From Acidobacteriota bacterium (GTDB lineage: Bacteria; Acidobacteriota; UBA890), in contig CBDCBL010000009.1 in NCBI GenBank assembly GCA_965214245.1, positions 105,258-169,257 of the forward strand: a stretch of 64,000 nucleotides of DNA, read 5' to 3'. Below are positions 52,400 through 62,410 of this stretch, piece by piece; positions within the stretch are counted from its first letter, which is position 1; each line of letters begins with the position of its first letter. The translations under genes and the position numbers were made by a program. Below the pieces are notes generated by a model. That model had not been told where the DNA came from. It ran no database searches and saw only the letters and a program-made list of their open reading frames with translations.

Positions 52400-54988
52400 A
52401 TGAATACGCACTCGACTCGCCAATCTACAGTCCCGCGGCGACGCGCCGGCGCGGCGCTCGTTGCCTGTTTCGGGATCGCCGTTTTCGCGCTTCCGGCGCC
52501 GCTGGCGGCTGCTCCGGCTGAACCCGAGGTGGAGTCTTCCGCCAGTATCTTCTGGAGCCTCTATCCGGGAACCGGGCGCCTACGCATGCGGGTGCAGGGA
52601 GAACAAGCGCCGCAGGGGTTGATCGTCGAAGCGATCCGCATCGAGGGCAACGTGAGCCTCGACATTGACACGGTCAAGTTTTATCTGAGCACACGCGAGG
52701 GCGCCCCGTTCGATTGGACGACGGCGCAGCTCGACTTCCGCGCCCTGTTGAACTCGGATTTCTTTGACAACCTGAAGATGCGCTGGGAGCCGGGAACGAG
52801 CGGCGGGGTGGTGATCATCCTCGAACTCGAGGAACGGCCGCTCCTCCGCCAGATCCGTATTCAGGGCTCCGATAAGGTTTCCCAGGACAATTTGCTGGAG
52901 CGCATGGAGCTTCTCGAGATGCCGGTCGAGATCGACAGGCCGATCGATCGACCGGCGATGCGCCGGGCCGCCGATGTTCTTACCACCATGCTGCAGGGTG
53001 ACGAAGGCCTGCAGTTTGTCCAGGTCGCGTATTCAGCCCAGACGTCGACCCTGGGCTCCGGCGTGGACGCCGTGTATGACGTAGTCGAGGGCGACACCGT
53101 GCGCATCGAGAGCGTCTACTTCGAGGGGGCCACCGAGTTCACGCAGAAGGAGCTGCGCTGGATGGTCAAGAAGACCGGCGAGCACTGGCTCCTCTCGTTC
53201 CTGCTGAAGAACGATCGCTTCTCGCCTTCGGGCTTCGAGCTCGACCACTTCCTGATTTCTAACGAGTACCAGCGTCTCGGCTATCTCGATATTCAAATCG
53301 GCGACCCGGTGGTCGAGGTGTACCAGGTGGATCAGCCGTGGCCGAGGGGTGAGACGCGGCGGCTGTACGTCACGATTCCGATCGAAGAAGGCCCGCAATA
53401 CCGCCTGCGCGCCATCCTTTTCGAGGGGAACGAGCGCTTCAGCGACGAGCAGCTGACCACGTTGGTGCCGATCTTCCCGGGGGACCTCGTCGACGTGGAG
53501 GGCGTGATCGACGCCAAAGACGCGATGGAGTCAATCTACAGCAACGTCGGCTACTTCCAGATCCTCGTTTCCCCGTTTCCCGACCAGGACGCCGACACCG
53601 GGCTGGCCGACATTATCTTCACGGTCAACGAGAACTCGCTCTACAGGATTCGCCGCATCGAGTTCGAAGGCAACACGAACACGCGTGACTACGTGATGCG
53701 CCGCAACCTGCTGATACGCGAGAAGGGCCTTTGGAGCCAAGCGGGGGTCAACGCCAGCAAGTTCAAGATCCAGCAACTCGGCTATTTCGACAACATCGAG
53801 GAAGACGTCACGATCGTCAAAGACCCGGGTGGCGTTCCGTCCGTGGCTCCCGGACAAATCCTCAGCGTCACGGATGCCACCGCCTCGCCGGTGCAGGAGC
53901 CCGGCGAGCTCGATATCAAGCTGAGAGTCAACGAGGTCGGCCGCAACCAGATCAGCTTCGGCGGCGGCGTCTCTGCCTTGGAAGGCGGTTTCGTCCAGTT
54001 CGGCTACACGACGCGGAACCTCTTCGGGCGCGGCCAGACGGTGGCGTTCTCCGGTCAATTCGGCGGCCGACGCACCAACGCGCGGGTTTCGTTCACCCAG
54101 CCGCACGTGCTCGACACCCGGATGATCTTCAGTCTCGACTTCTTCCACGACAAACTTGATTTCTTCGATTTCCAGCGCGCTGGTTCCGGTATGTCCGTGC
54201 GCGTCGGCTTTCCGATCGATCGCGGCGAGTTCACGCGGGTGTTCCTCGAGTATAACTACGAGTTCATCGACATCGGCAATGTGGGCTTCGGCTTCGGCGG
54301 CCTGTCGGATCCACTGTTCAACGCCTTGTTCCTGGTGGAGGGACAGCGCACGACGAGCAGCGTGCGACCCTTCCTGTCGTACAACTCCATCGACAGCCCT
54401 TTCAATCCGAGTCGGGGCAAGCGCATCACGGCGTCCTCAGAGATCGCCGGTGGCCCGCTCGGCGGCACGCTCGACTACTTCAGACCGATTTTCTCCACCA
54501 CCTGGTACATTCCGACCGTGCGCGAGGGACGCGGCGTCGGCGCCCAGATCAAGCAGATCTTCGCGTTCAACGTCGACGTGCGCTTCGCCGAGCCGTACGG
54601 AGATCTGGTGGTGATACCGATCTTCGAGCGTTTCTTTCTCGGTGGCAGCAACTCGGTGCGCGGTACCCGGTTGCGTTCGATCAGCCCGGTCGATCAATTC
54701 GGCAACATCATCGGTGGAAACCGGGCCTTGCAGTACAACATCGAGTACATCTTCCAGCTTGCCGGCCCGGTACGCGTCGCCGTGTTCCATGACGCGGGCG
54801 CCGCCTGGGACAACGCTGTCGCTCTGCCGCTCGACGACCTGCGCAAGACCGCCGGCCTCGAGTTTCGTATCTTCATGCCGGTGTTCAACGTGCCGTTCCG
54901 CTTCTTCTGGGCCTACAATTTCGATCCGCTCCCCCAGTTCGGCGAGGAACGCTCGACCTTCGAGTTCGCGATTGGAACCACATTCTGA
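52400..54988 (+). CDS. bamA: Outer membrane protein assembly factor BamA
   Basis: The start is at the ATG at 52400 (MNTHSTRQS...signal...LAAAPA). It has POTRA repeats ([13 protein letters not shown]..., [10 protein letters not shown]..., [10 protein letters not shown]..., [10 protein letters not shown]..., [11 protein letters not shown]...) and a C-terminal beta-barrel ending ...FEFAIGTTF. The track ORF from 52106 is an over-extension inside clpC. Confidence 0.9.
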   Translation: MNTHSTRQSTVPRRRAGAALVACFGIAVFALPAPLAAAPAEPEVESSASIFWSLYPGTGRLRMRVQGEQAPQGLIVEAIRIEGNVSLDIDTVKFYLSTREGAPFDWTTAQLDFRALLNSDFFDNLKMRWEPGTSGGVVIILELEERPLLRQIRIQGSDKVSQDNLLERMELLEMPVEIDRPIDRPAMRRAADVLTTMLQGDEGLQFVQVAYSAQTSTLGSGVDAVYDVVEGDTVRIESVYFEGATEFTQKELRWMVKKTGEHWLLSFLLKNDRFSPSGFELDHFLISNEYQRLGYLDIQIGDPVVEVYQVDQPWPRGETRRLYVTIPIEEGPQYRLRAILFEGNERFSDEQLTTLVPIFPGDLVDVEGVIDAKDAMESIYSNVGYFQILVSPFPDQDADTGLADIIFTVNENSLYRIRRIEFEGNTNTRDYVMRRNLLIREKGLWSQAGVNASKFKIQQLGYFDNIEEDVTIVKDPGGVPSVAPGQILSVTDATASPVQEPGELDIKLRVNEVGRNQISFGGGVSALEGGFVQFGYTTRNLFGRGQTVAFSGQFGGRRTNARVSFTQPHVLDTRMIFSLDFFHDKLDFFDFQRAGSGMSVRVGFPIDRGEFTRVFLEYNYEFIDIGNVGFGFGGLSDPLFNALFLVEGQRTTSSVRPFLSYNSIDSPFNPSRGKRITASSEIAGGPLGGTLDYFRPIFSTTWYIPTVREGRGVGAQIKQIFAFNVDVRFAEPYGDLVVIPIFERFFLGGSNSVRGTRLRSISPVDQFGNIIGGNRALQYNIEYIFQLAGPVRVAVFHDAGAAWDNAVALPLDDLRKTAGLEFRIFMPVFNVPFRFFWAYNFDPLPQFGEERSTFEFAIGTTF

Positions 54989-56048
54989 CGCTCCTGCGGC
55001 GGGGCTTTCTGCGACGCTTGGCGAGCTGGCCCGGCTTCTCGGGGGAGCTGTGGAGGGTGATGCCGAGCGCACGGTTACAGGCGTAGCCGAGCTCGATCAG
55101 GCGGGCGCGAGCGACGTCAGTTTTTGCGCGTTGGCGAGCTATCGCACGCAGGTGGCGGAGACGCGCGCCGCGGCGGTCATTGTCGACCGAGACTTCGAGC
55201 CGCCGGCGGGGCTGCGTGACGACATTACGTGGATTCGTGTCGACAATCCGTACCTGAGGCTGGCCGACGCCGTGAGTTTCTTTCATCCGGTTACGGCGCC
55301 GCTGCCGGGGATCCACCGGACGGCGGTGGTCGCCGAGAGCGCCACCGTTGCGGAAAGCGCCACGGTAGGCGCGCGCGCCGTGATCGAGGACGGCGCCTTT
55401 GTCGGATCCGGCACCTCGATCGGCGCCGGTTGCGTGCTCGGACAGGACTGCCGGGTCGGCGATGATTGTGCCCTGTTTCCGGGCGTCCTGGTTTATCCAC
55501 GTGTCGAGCTGGGCGATCGCGTCATCGTTCATGCGGGCGCCGTTCTAGGTGCTGACGGATTCGGATACGCGCACGACGCAACAGGGCACACGAAGATCCC
55601 GCAGGTCGGCACGCTGGTAATCGAGGATGACGTCGAGATCGGCGCCAATAGCTGCATCGATCGCGGCGCCCTCAGCAAGACACATATCGGTAGGGGCACC
55701 AAGATCGACAACTTGGTGCAGATCGGCCACAATTGCCACGTCGGTGCCCACAGCATCCTGTGCGGTCAGGTCGGTCTCGGCGGTTCGGCAACGATAGGCG
55801 AGGGCGTCATGATCGGCGGCCAAGCCGGTATTGCGGGGCATAAGAGCGTCGGTGACGGCGCTATGCTGGCCGGCGGCTCCGGGGTGACGAATGACGTTGC
55901 TGCGGGCCAGCAGGTGGCGGGGTACCCGCATCTGGAGGTGGCGACGTGGCGACGAGCCATGGCGGCGCTGAGTTCTCTTTCCGATCTGGTGCGACGCGTG
56001 CGGCGATTGGAAGCCGCGGCCGGTTCAATTGACAAGGAGGACGAGTGA
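54972..56048 (+). CDS. lpxD: UDP-3-O-acylglucosamine N-acyltransferase
   Basis: ...[37 protein letters not shown]...followed by hexapeptide repeats. The only canonical start in frame after the upstream stop region is the TTG at 54972, which overlaps bamA by 17 nt, so the start is uncertain. Confidence 0.85.
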   Translation: MEPHSDAPAAGLSATLGELARLLGGAVEGDAERTVTGVAELDQAGASDVSFCALASYRTQVAETRAAAVIVDRDFEPPAGLRDDITWIRVDNPYLRLADAVSFFHPVTAPLPGIHRTAVVAESATVAESATVGARAVIEDGAFVGSGTSIGAGCVLGQDCRVGDDCALFPGVLVYPRVELGDRVIVHAGAVLGADGFGYAHDATGHTKIPQVGTLVIEDDVEIGANSCIDRGALSKTHIGRGTKIDNLVQIGHNCHVGAHSILCGQVGLGGSATIGEGVMIGGQAGIAGHKSVGDGAMLAGGSGVTNDVAAGQQVAGYPHLEVATWRRAMAALSSLSDLVRRVRRLEAAAGSIDKEDE

Positions 56049-56497
56049 GCCTCGATGTTCGACGCATCCTGGAGATCCTGCCGCACCGCTATCCGATCCT
56101 GCTCGTCGACCGGATCATCGAAGTGGAGCCGGGCAAGCGCGTCGTCGGCATCAAGAACGTCACGATCAATGAGCCGTTTTTCCAGGGGCACTTCCCCGGG
56201 AATCCGGTGATGCCCGGCGTCTTGGTTCTGGAAGCGATGGCACAGGTGGGGGCGGTCTTGTGGCTTGTTGCGCAACAGGACATGACCGACAAGTACGTCT
56301 ATTTCGCGGGTGCCGACAAGGTCCGCTTTCGCCGCCCGGTGGTGCCGGGTGACCAGCTACGCTGTGAGGTTGAGGTCGTTCGCGTCCGCACGCGCAGCTG
56401 CCAGGTCGTCGGTCGCGCCACAGTGGACGGCGAGCTGGCGGCCTCAGCCACGCTCCTGTCGATCATGACCGAGGTTCCGAAAGTGGAGTCGGAATGA
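56045..56497 (+). CDS. fabZ: 3-hydroxyacyl-ACP dehydratase FabZ
   Basis: GTGA overlap; ...[17 protein letters not shown]...[26 protein letters not shown]. Confidence 0.95.
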   Translation: MSLDVRRILEILPHRYPILLVDRIIEVEPGKRVVGIKNVTINEPFFQGHFPGNPVMPGVLVLEAMAQVGAVLWLVAQQDMTDKYVYFAGADKVRFRRPVVPGDQLRCEVEVVRVRTRSCQVVGRATVDGELAASATLLSIMTEVPKVESE

Positions 56498-57294
56498 GTG
56501 GCGCCGTCGCCTCCGGTGCCCCGAAAGTCCATCCGACTGCGGTGGTCGACGAAGGTGCGGAGCTTGCCGACGGGGTCGTTGTGGATCCATACGCAATGAT
56601 CGGGCCGAAGGTGTGCCTCGGTCCGGGCACCAAGGTGGGCACCCACGCGGTGGTCGACGGCTACACGACTCTGGGCGCTGATTGCGAGGTCTTTCCCCAC
56701 GCCTGCATCGGCACGATTCCGCAGGACCTGAAGTTTCACGGCGAGGTGTCGTACCTGGAGGCCGGCGATCGCAACGTCTTCCGCGAGTTCGTCACCGCAA
56801 ATCGAGGCACAGAAGGCGGCGGCGGAATCACGAAGGTGGGCTCCGACAACCTCTTCATGGCCTACTGCCACCTGGCTCACGACTCCATCATCGGCGACCA
56901 CGTGATCTTCGGCAACGCGGCGACGCTCGCCGGCCACGTCATCATCGAAGACTGGGTGAACGTGGGTGCGTTTTCCGGTGTCGAGCAGTTCCGCCGAATC
57001 GGTCAGCATGCCTTCATCGCCGCCTACGCCGGCGTAACCAAGGACGTCGTGCCGTATTGCACCGTGCAGGGCAACCACTGCCAAGTGTTTGGCCTGAACA
57101 CGGTCGGGCTCAAACGACGGGGCTTCGATTCCGATGCGCTGGCGCAGCTCAAGCTGGCCTTTCGCTTGTTGTTCCGCAGCAACCTGAACACGACGCAGGC
57201 CCTCGAGGCCATCGATGCCGAAGGTTTCGAAGCTCCCGAGGTCACCACGCTCGTCGAATTCGTCCGGAAAAGTGAGCACGGAATCGTCAAGTGA
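56494..57294 (+). CDS. lpxA: Acyl-ACP--UDP-N-acetylglucosamine O-acyltransferase
   Basis: ATGA overlap; ...VHPTAVVDEGAELADGVVVDPYAMIGP... hexapeptide repeats...QDLKFHGE...NLFMAYCHLAHDS...GLNTVGLKRRGF. Confidence 0.95.
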   Translation: MSGAVASGAPKVHPTAVVDEGAELADGVVVDPYAMIGPKVCLGPGTKVGTHAVVDGYTTLGADCEVFPHACIGTIPQDLKFHGEVSYLEAGDRNVFREFVTANRGTEGGGGITKVGSDNLFMAYCHLAHDSIIGDHVIFGNAATLAGHVIIEDWVNVGAFSGVEQFRRIGQHAFIAAYAGVTKDVVPYCTVQGNHCQVFGLNTVGLKRRGFDSDALAQLKLAFRLLFRSNLNTTQALEAIDAEGFEAPEVTTLVEFVRKSEHGIVK

Positions 57295-58108
57295 CGCCCT
57301 GGCGCTGATCGCCGGCAGCACGCAGATGCCGTTCGTCGTCGCTCGCGCAGCGCAGGCGGCCGGGCGTCAGCTCACTGTTGTGGCGATCGAGGGCGTCACT
57401 GATCGCCGACTCGAAGAGATCGTCGATGACGTCCGCTGGCTCGATTGGGGCGACGTCGGCGGCTTTCTGAGCCTCCTCGGAGAGCTCAGCGCCCAAGGCG
57501 TGCGTCAGGCCGTGATGGCAGGCAAGGTCGAGCAACAGCGGATCTACGACGACGACGATAACGAGGCAATGCGGCGGTTGCTGGCATCGGTGCCGGTACG
57601 CCATACGGACGCGCTGATCCAAACCGTCGTCAACCTGCTGGCCGGAGCAGGTATCGAGCTGCTTGATTCGACGGACTTTCTGCAGGGCAACCTGGTCGAG
57701 GAGGGCACGCTGACCGAGCGCGCTCCCGACCAGCGCGAGAGCGATGACATCGCCCACGGCTGGGAGGTCGCCAAGTCACTCGGGGCCCACGACATCGGTC
57801 AATCGGTGGTCGTCAAGGATCGGGCCGTCGTCGCCGTCGAAGCAATGGAAGGAACCGACGCGTGCATTCGACGAGCGGCGTCGCTGGCCGGACCGGGCAT
57901 CGTCGTCGTCAAGGTGGCCAAGCCCGAACAGGATCTGAGATTCGACGTTCCCGTCGTCGGTGCCTCGACCGTCGCCACGATGGTTGATGTCGAGGCCTCT
58001 GCACTGTGCGTCGAGGCCGGGTGCACGGTGATTGTCGACCTCGATCCTTTTCGGGAGCAGGCCGACGCCGCCGGTCTGGCTATTGTCGCTCGAAAGCAGG
58101 CGTCGTGA
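57272..58108 (+). CDS. lpxI: UDP-2,3-diacylglucosamine diphosphatase LpxI (DUF1009)
   Basis: The proposed GTG at 57272 overlaps lpxA by 23 nt. ...LALIAGSTQMPFVVARAAQAAGRQLTVVAIEG...AVMAGKV...DIGQSVVVKDRAVVAVEAMEGTDACIRR...VVKVAKPEQDLRFDVPVVG. Confidence 0.8.
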   Translation: MSTESSSDALALIAGSTQMPFVVARAAQAAGRQLTVVAIEGVTDRRLEEIVDDVRWLDWGDVGGFLSLLGELSAQGVRQAVMAGKVEQQRIYDDDDNEAMRRLLASVPVRHTDALIQTVVNLLAGAGIELLDSTDFLQGNLVEEGTLTERAPDQRESDDIAHGWEVAKSLGAHDIGQSVVVKDRAVVAVEAMEGTDACIRRAASLAGPGIVVVKVAKPEQDLRFDVPVVGASTVATMVDVEASALCVEAGCTVIVDLDPFREQADAAGLAIVARKQAS

Positions 58109-59037
58109 TTCGCGTCGGCGTGGTGGGTGTCGGCGTGATGGGACGCCACCACGCGCGCGTCTACGATCAGCTCGGGGGTTGCGCGCTCGTCGGTGTTCAC
58201 GATGTCGATGCCGATCGCCGTGACAGTGTTGCCGCCGAGTTCGGCGTGACCGGCTTTGCCGAGCTGGCCGACCTGCTTGCCGAGGTCGACGCAGTGACCA
58301 TCGCCGTGCCGACGCCGGATCACTACGAAATCGGCCTGGCGTGCCTCGAGGCGGGCCGTGATCTCCTCGTGGAAAAGCCGCTGGCACCGTCGCTGCCCGA
58401 GGCTGACGGGCTGATCGAAGCGGCGGGAGCGGGCGGTAGAGTGCTGCAGGTGGGTCACATCGAGCGCTTCAATCCGGCCGTCGAGGCCATGTCGAGGATT
58501 GTCGAAGAGCCAGGGTTTATCGAGGTCGACCGCCTCGGATCGCTGGTGCCGCGCAGCTTGGAAACCGACGTGATTCTCGATCTGATGATCCACGACATCG
58601 ACATCGTCCATTCGCTGGTGGGCGGCGAAGTGGTCGAAATTCGTGCCGTCGGCGTGCCAATCCTCACGGACGCCATCGACTTCGCCAACGCCCGGCTCGA
58701 GTTCGACAACGGGTGTATCGTCAATCTGACCGCCAGCCGGGTCAGCGTGAATCGTATCCGTAAGGTGCGGATCTTCCAGCCCGAGGCGTACTTGTCGGTT
58801 GACTATACGGCGCAGTCGGTGGAGCACTATCGATTGGTGCGCACCGCCGGAACGCCGAGCGGTATCGAGACGAGCTGCATCGATCCTCCGGACGAGGAGC
58901 CGCTCGTGCGCCAACTTGTCGATTTCGTCGCCAACTGCGAGAGCCGCAACACGCCGCGCTCCGACGGTCACGCAGGGCGACAGGCGCTGCAGACGGCGCT
59001 CGCCATCCGCGATTACATCGAAGAACGAATGGGCTAG
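58105..59037 (+). CDS. Gfo/Idh/MocA-family NAD(P)-dependent oxidoreductase (GnnA-like position in the lipid A cluster)
   Basis: GTGA overlap with lpxI; IRVGVVGVGVMGRHHARVY (Rossmann)...AVTIAVPTPDHYEIGLACLEAGRDLLVEKP. Confidence 0.8.
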   Translation: MIRVGVVGVGVMGRHHARVYDQLGGCALVGVHDVDADRRDSVAAEFGVTGFAELADLLAEVDAVTIAVPTPDHYEIGLACLEAGRDLLVEKPLAPSLPEADGLIEAAGAGGRVLQVGHIERFNPAVEAMSRIVEEPGFIEVDRLGSLVPRSLETDVILDLMIHDIDIVHSLVGGEVVEIRAVGVPILTDAIDFANARLEFDNGCIVNLTASRVSVNRIRKVRIFQPEAYLSVDYTAQSVEHYRLVRTAGTPSGIETSCIDPPDEEPLVRQLVDFVANCESRNTPRSDGHAGRQALQTALAIRDYIEERMG

Positions 59038-59056
59038 GCTGCTAGGGTAGATCACC

Positions 59057-60208
59057 ATGCCATTCGAATTTGCTGCCAGTCCTGCGCCAACGCTCGGCAT
59101 CGAAGAGGAATACCAGATCTGCGACCCCCAAACGGGTGATCTGGTGCCGAAGGTGGATGCGTTGCTCGAGCTCGTCGACAGCGAAGAGCTGCGCAGCCGG
59201 CTCGCCTACGACCTGCTGCTCACCCTCATCGAGGCCAACACTGCGGTTGCCGAGACGGTCGGGCACGCTGTGGAACTGATTGTCGAGAAACGGCGGCAGG
59301 TGCAGGCGCTGGCCGAAGGCGCCGGATGTACCCTGGGCCTGAGCGGCACGCATCCGTACGCAGATCCGAAGGCACAAGGCTTCGTGAACACCCCCGACTA
59401 CCAGTGGGTGCGCGATCAGCTGGGCTACGTGGCCCAGCGCAACATCACGTTCGGGCTGCACGTCCACGTTGGCGTAGATGACGGCGACCGGGCCATATAC
59501 ATCGCCAACCGCATGCGGCAATGGATCGGCCCGCTTATCGCGCTGGCCGCCAATTCACCGTTCTTGGACGGTGTCGACACCGGTTGGGACGCGGCGCGGG
59601 TGTACGCCTTCGGCGCCTTTCCGCGCGCCGGAATCCCGCCGTGCCTCAATGATTTTGCGCAGTTCTCGGCACAGATGGACAAGCTCATCGAGGCCGGCGC
59701 CATCACCAAACCGCGGCAGATCTGGTGGAACGTGCGCGTCCACGCACAATACGGCACGGTGGAAGTGAGGATGTGTGATGTTCAGATCTCGATCCCGCGT
59801 ACCGCCTCCATCGTTGCCGCCGTTCAGGCCCTGGTAGTCGCCTACGCTGAACACCATCGCGCCGGCGAGCCGGAGCCGTATCTACCGGGCACCTACCTGG
59901 AAGACCTACGCTGGAAAGGCATGCGCTTCGGTCTCGACGCCGAGGTCATCGATCCGGTGACCGAACGTGTCATGTCGATGCGCGACTACGTGCACACGAT
60001 GCTCGATGTGGCACGCCCCGCCGCCGAATCCCTCGGAACGACGCATTACCTCGACGTCATCCCGCGGACCCTCGAGGAGGGCAATGCCGCCTCCGCGCAG
60101 CGGGCTCTGCGCGCCGAGTACGGCGGCGACCTGCAACAGCTCCAGCTCCACTTGCTCGCCCAGGCGCGCGACGTCGGCATCGCGAGCCCGGAGCCGGTCA
60201 ACGCCTGA
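59057..60208 (+). CDS. Carboxylate-amine ligase, YbdK/GCS2 family
   Basis: ...PTLGIEEEYQICDPQTGDL...LIEANTAV...FGLHVHVGV...ALAANSPF...WWNVRVHAQYGTVEVRMCD. Confidence 0.85.
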   Translation: MPFEFAASPAPTLGIEEEYQICDPQTGDLVPKVDALLELVDSEELRSRLAYDLLLTLIEANTAVAETVGHAVELIVEKRRQVQALAEGAGCTLGLSGTHPYADPKAQGFVNTPDYQWVRDQLGYVAQRNITFGLHVHVGVDDGDRAIYIANRMRQWIGPLIALAANSPFLDGVDTGWDAARVYAFGAFPRAGIPPCLNDFAQFSAQMDKLIEAGAITKPRQIWWNVRVHAQYGTVEVRMCDVQISIPRTASIVAAVQALVVAYAEHHRAGEPEPYLPGTYLEDLRWKGMRFGLDAEVIDPVTERVMSMRDYVHTMLDVARPAAESLGTTHYLDVIPRTLEEGNAASAQRALRAEYGGDLQQLQLHLLAQARDVGIASPEPVNA

Positions 60209-60210
60209 AA

Positions 60211-60984
60211 TTGCCGCTCTTGCGCCATTCCTTGACTCCCAGCGCCGCGTTGGTGGCTACGGCACTGTTGCTGGCCGGCGCCTGTTCCGCGGCGGGGTCG
60301 GCACCACCACGCCCGGGCTCGGGCGCTGAAAGCACGCAACAGCTCGCTGCCGTCCACGCCGAACGACGCGCTGCGTTGGTTGGCGAGCTTCAGCGGCAGG
60401 GAATTCGCCGGGAGTCCGTCTTGGCGGCGATCGGCAATATCGCGCGGCATCGGTTCGTGCCTGCCGGTCTCGAGGACGTAGCGTACGCCAACCAGCCCCT
60501 GCCGATCGGTGAGGGTCAGACCATCTCGCAACCGTACATCGTGGCGCTGATGACAGAGATCCTTGACCTCGAGCCCGGCGACCGGGTCCTGGAGATCGGT
60601 ACCGGCTCGGGATACCAGGCGGCGGTGCTCGCCGAGCTCGGCTGTCGCGTCTACACGATCGAGATCATCCCGGAGCTTGCCGCCAGCGCAATACGACGCC
60701 TGGCCGAGCTCGGCTACGGCGACGTGGCGGTGAGAGTGGGGGACGGGTATCTCGGTTGGCCGGAAGAGGCGCCGTTCGACAAGATCATCGTTACCGCGGC
60801 GCCGCCGGAGATGCCGCAAGCCCTGGTCGAACAACTCGGCGCTCCGGGAAAGCTGGTCGCGCCGATCGGTCCTGTCTTCAGCACGCAGCAACTCGTGCTG
60901 CTCGAAAAGACCGGCGGCGGCGAGCTGCGCGAGGAGCAACTGCTGCCGGTGCGCTTCGTACCGATGGTGAGAAAGAAGCAATGA
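60211..60984 (+). CDS. pcm: Protein-L-isoaspartate O-methyltransferase with an N-terminal lipoprotein-type signal (if the TTG at 60211 is the true start)
   Basis: ...RHRFVPAGLEDVAYANQPLPIGEGQTISQPYIVALMTEIL...VLEIGTGSGYQAAVLA...GDGYLGWPEEAPFDKIIVTAA...PVRFVPM. The N-terminus is MPLLRHSLTPSAALVATALLLAGAC|S. An alternative in-frame TTG lies at 60376. Confidence 0.85.
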   Translation: MPLLRHSLTPSAALVATALLLAGACSAAGSAPPRPGSGAESTQQLAAVHAERRAALVGELQRQGIRRESVLAAIGNIARHRFVPAGLEDVAYANQPLPIGEGQTISQPYIVALMTEILDLEPGDRVLEIGTGSGYQAAVLAELGCRVYTIEIIPELAASAIRRLAELGYGDVAVRVGDGYLGWPEEAPFDKIIVTAAPPEMPQALVEQLGAPGKLVAPIGPVFSTQQLVLLEKTGGGELREEQLLPVRFVPMVRKKQ

Positions 60985-61784
60985 GCGGGATCGACGAGGG
61001 GATCGGCGAGGGCATCCGCGTTCACGTGCTGGGCTCGGGGAGTGGATTGCCGGGGCGCGACCGCGACACGACCTCGTTGCTGGTGGGCACCGCCGATGGC
61101 TGGACGCTCGTTGATTGCCCCGGCTCGGTGGTTAGCAAGCTAGCCCGCCTCGATCTCGCGCCCCGTGACCTGAAGCGCGTGGTGTTGACCCACAATCATG
61201 TGGATCACGTGTACGGGTTCCCGCATCTCGTGCACGCCATGGCCATCGCCGGCGATGAGGGACCGCTGACCGTTTACGCGCCGCGCCAAACGTTGGAGAC
61301 GGTCGAAGCGATGGTATCCGCGCACCATCTGCACGGAGAACGCTATCCGTCGTTGGAACTGCGGGCGATCGAGATCGTCGAGGGGGCGGTGGTCATCGAC
61401 GGGGCGTTGCGCTTGCTCGCCAGCCCCGGGGCACACGGCAGGGACACGGTGGCGCTGCGCTTCGAGTCGGGCGGAGTCGCGGCATGTCATTCCTCCGATA
61501 CGCGCCCCAGCGAAGCGGTGGCGCGTCTGGCTCGCGACGCTGGGCTGCTGTTTCACGACTGTGGCGGGCCGCACCGGTTGCGCGGCACCTTCTCGGACAG
61601 TCACACGAGCGCCCCCGAGGCGGGAGAAATTGCGTCCTCAGCGGCCGCCGAGCGCCTTGTCTTGATACATTTGGGCGGCGCAGAGGATGTGCTGAATGAA
61701 AGCCTGGAGGAGGCGCGTGGCGCCTTCTCCGGCCGCGTAGAGTTGGCCGTTGACGGAGGCAGCTACCGGGTGGCGGAAAGATGA
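60981..61784 (+). CDS. MBL-fold metallo-hydrolase (RNase Z/Z-like)
   Basis: ATGA overlap with pcm; ...VHVLGSGSGLP...TSLLV...LTHNHVDHVYG (HxHxDH)... Confidence 0.8.
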   Translation: MSGIDEGIGEGIRVHVLGSGSGLPGRDRDTTSLLVGTADGWTLVDCPGSVVSKLARLDLAPRDLKRVVLTHNHVDHVYGFPHLVHAMAIAGDEGPLTVYAPRQTLETVEAMVSAHHLHGERYPSLELRAIEIVEGAVVIDGALRLLASPGAHGRDTVALRFESGGVAACHSSDTRPSEAVARLARDAGLLFHDCGGPHRLRGTFSDSHTSAPEAGEIASSAAAERLVLIHLGGAEDVLNESLEEARGAFSGRVELAVDGGSYRVAER

Positions 61785-62410
61785 GCGAGATGGATGCCGC
61801 CGCCGTGCAGGCGGCGTACTCACGGTGGGCGGCGGTCTACGACTGGACGTTCGGACTGTGGTTTGATCGGGCCCGCGGCCGGGCGATCGAGCTCTTGCAC
61901 CTCGATGCTGAGGCCCGTGTCCTCGAGGTGGGCGTCGGCACCGGGCTATCACTACCGCTGTTCCCCCGCGATAGTCACGTTGTCGGCGTCGACTTGTCCA
62001 GACCGATGCTGCAGAAGGCGATACCCCGCCTCCACAACGGCGGCGGGCGGCGGACGGCTCTCATCGAGGGCGACGCCACCGCGCTGCCGTTCGCCGACGA
62101 AACCTTTGATGCGGCGTTGGTGCCGTTCGTGGTGTCGGCGGCGCCGCATCCTGCTCGACTGTTGCACGACACTCTCCGGGTGTGCCGCCCGGGGGGGCGC
62201 ATCGTATTGCTGAATCACTTTTCACCGAGAAGCAAGCTGATGAGCCTCGCCGAACGCGGGGTGTCGACGTTGACTTCAAGGCTCCTCGGATTCCACGCCG
62301 ATTTCCCCCTCGAGCCGTTTTTCGATTGTGCCGGCATCGCGATCGAGCATGTGGAGAGGGCGACGACCGTGGGTAGTTGGTACATCGTAGTAACGACGCG
62401 GAGGAGCTGA
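61781..62410 (+). CDS. Class I SAM-dependent methyltransferase, phospholipid N-methyltransferase (PmtA)-like
   Basis: ATGA overlap; ...AYSRWAAVYDWTFGLWFDRARGRAIE...VLEVGVGTGLSLP...GDATALPFADETFD...PGGRIVLLNH. The PmtA resemblance is from memory of the 'Y-x-RWA-x-x-YD' N-terminus. Confidence 0.65.
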   Translation: MSEMDAAAVQAAYSRWAAVYDWTFGLWFDRARGRAIELLHLDAEARVLEVGVGTGLSLPLFPRDSHVVGVDLSRPMLQKAIPRLHNGGGRRTALIEGDATALPFADETFDAALVPFVVSAAPHPARLLHDTLRVCRPGGRIVLLNHFSPRSKLMSLAERGVSTLTSRLLGFHADFPLEPFFDCAGIAIEHVERATTVGSWYIVVTTRRS

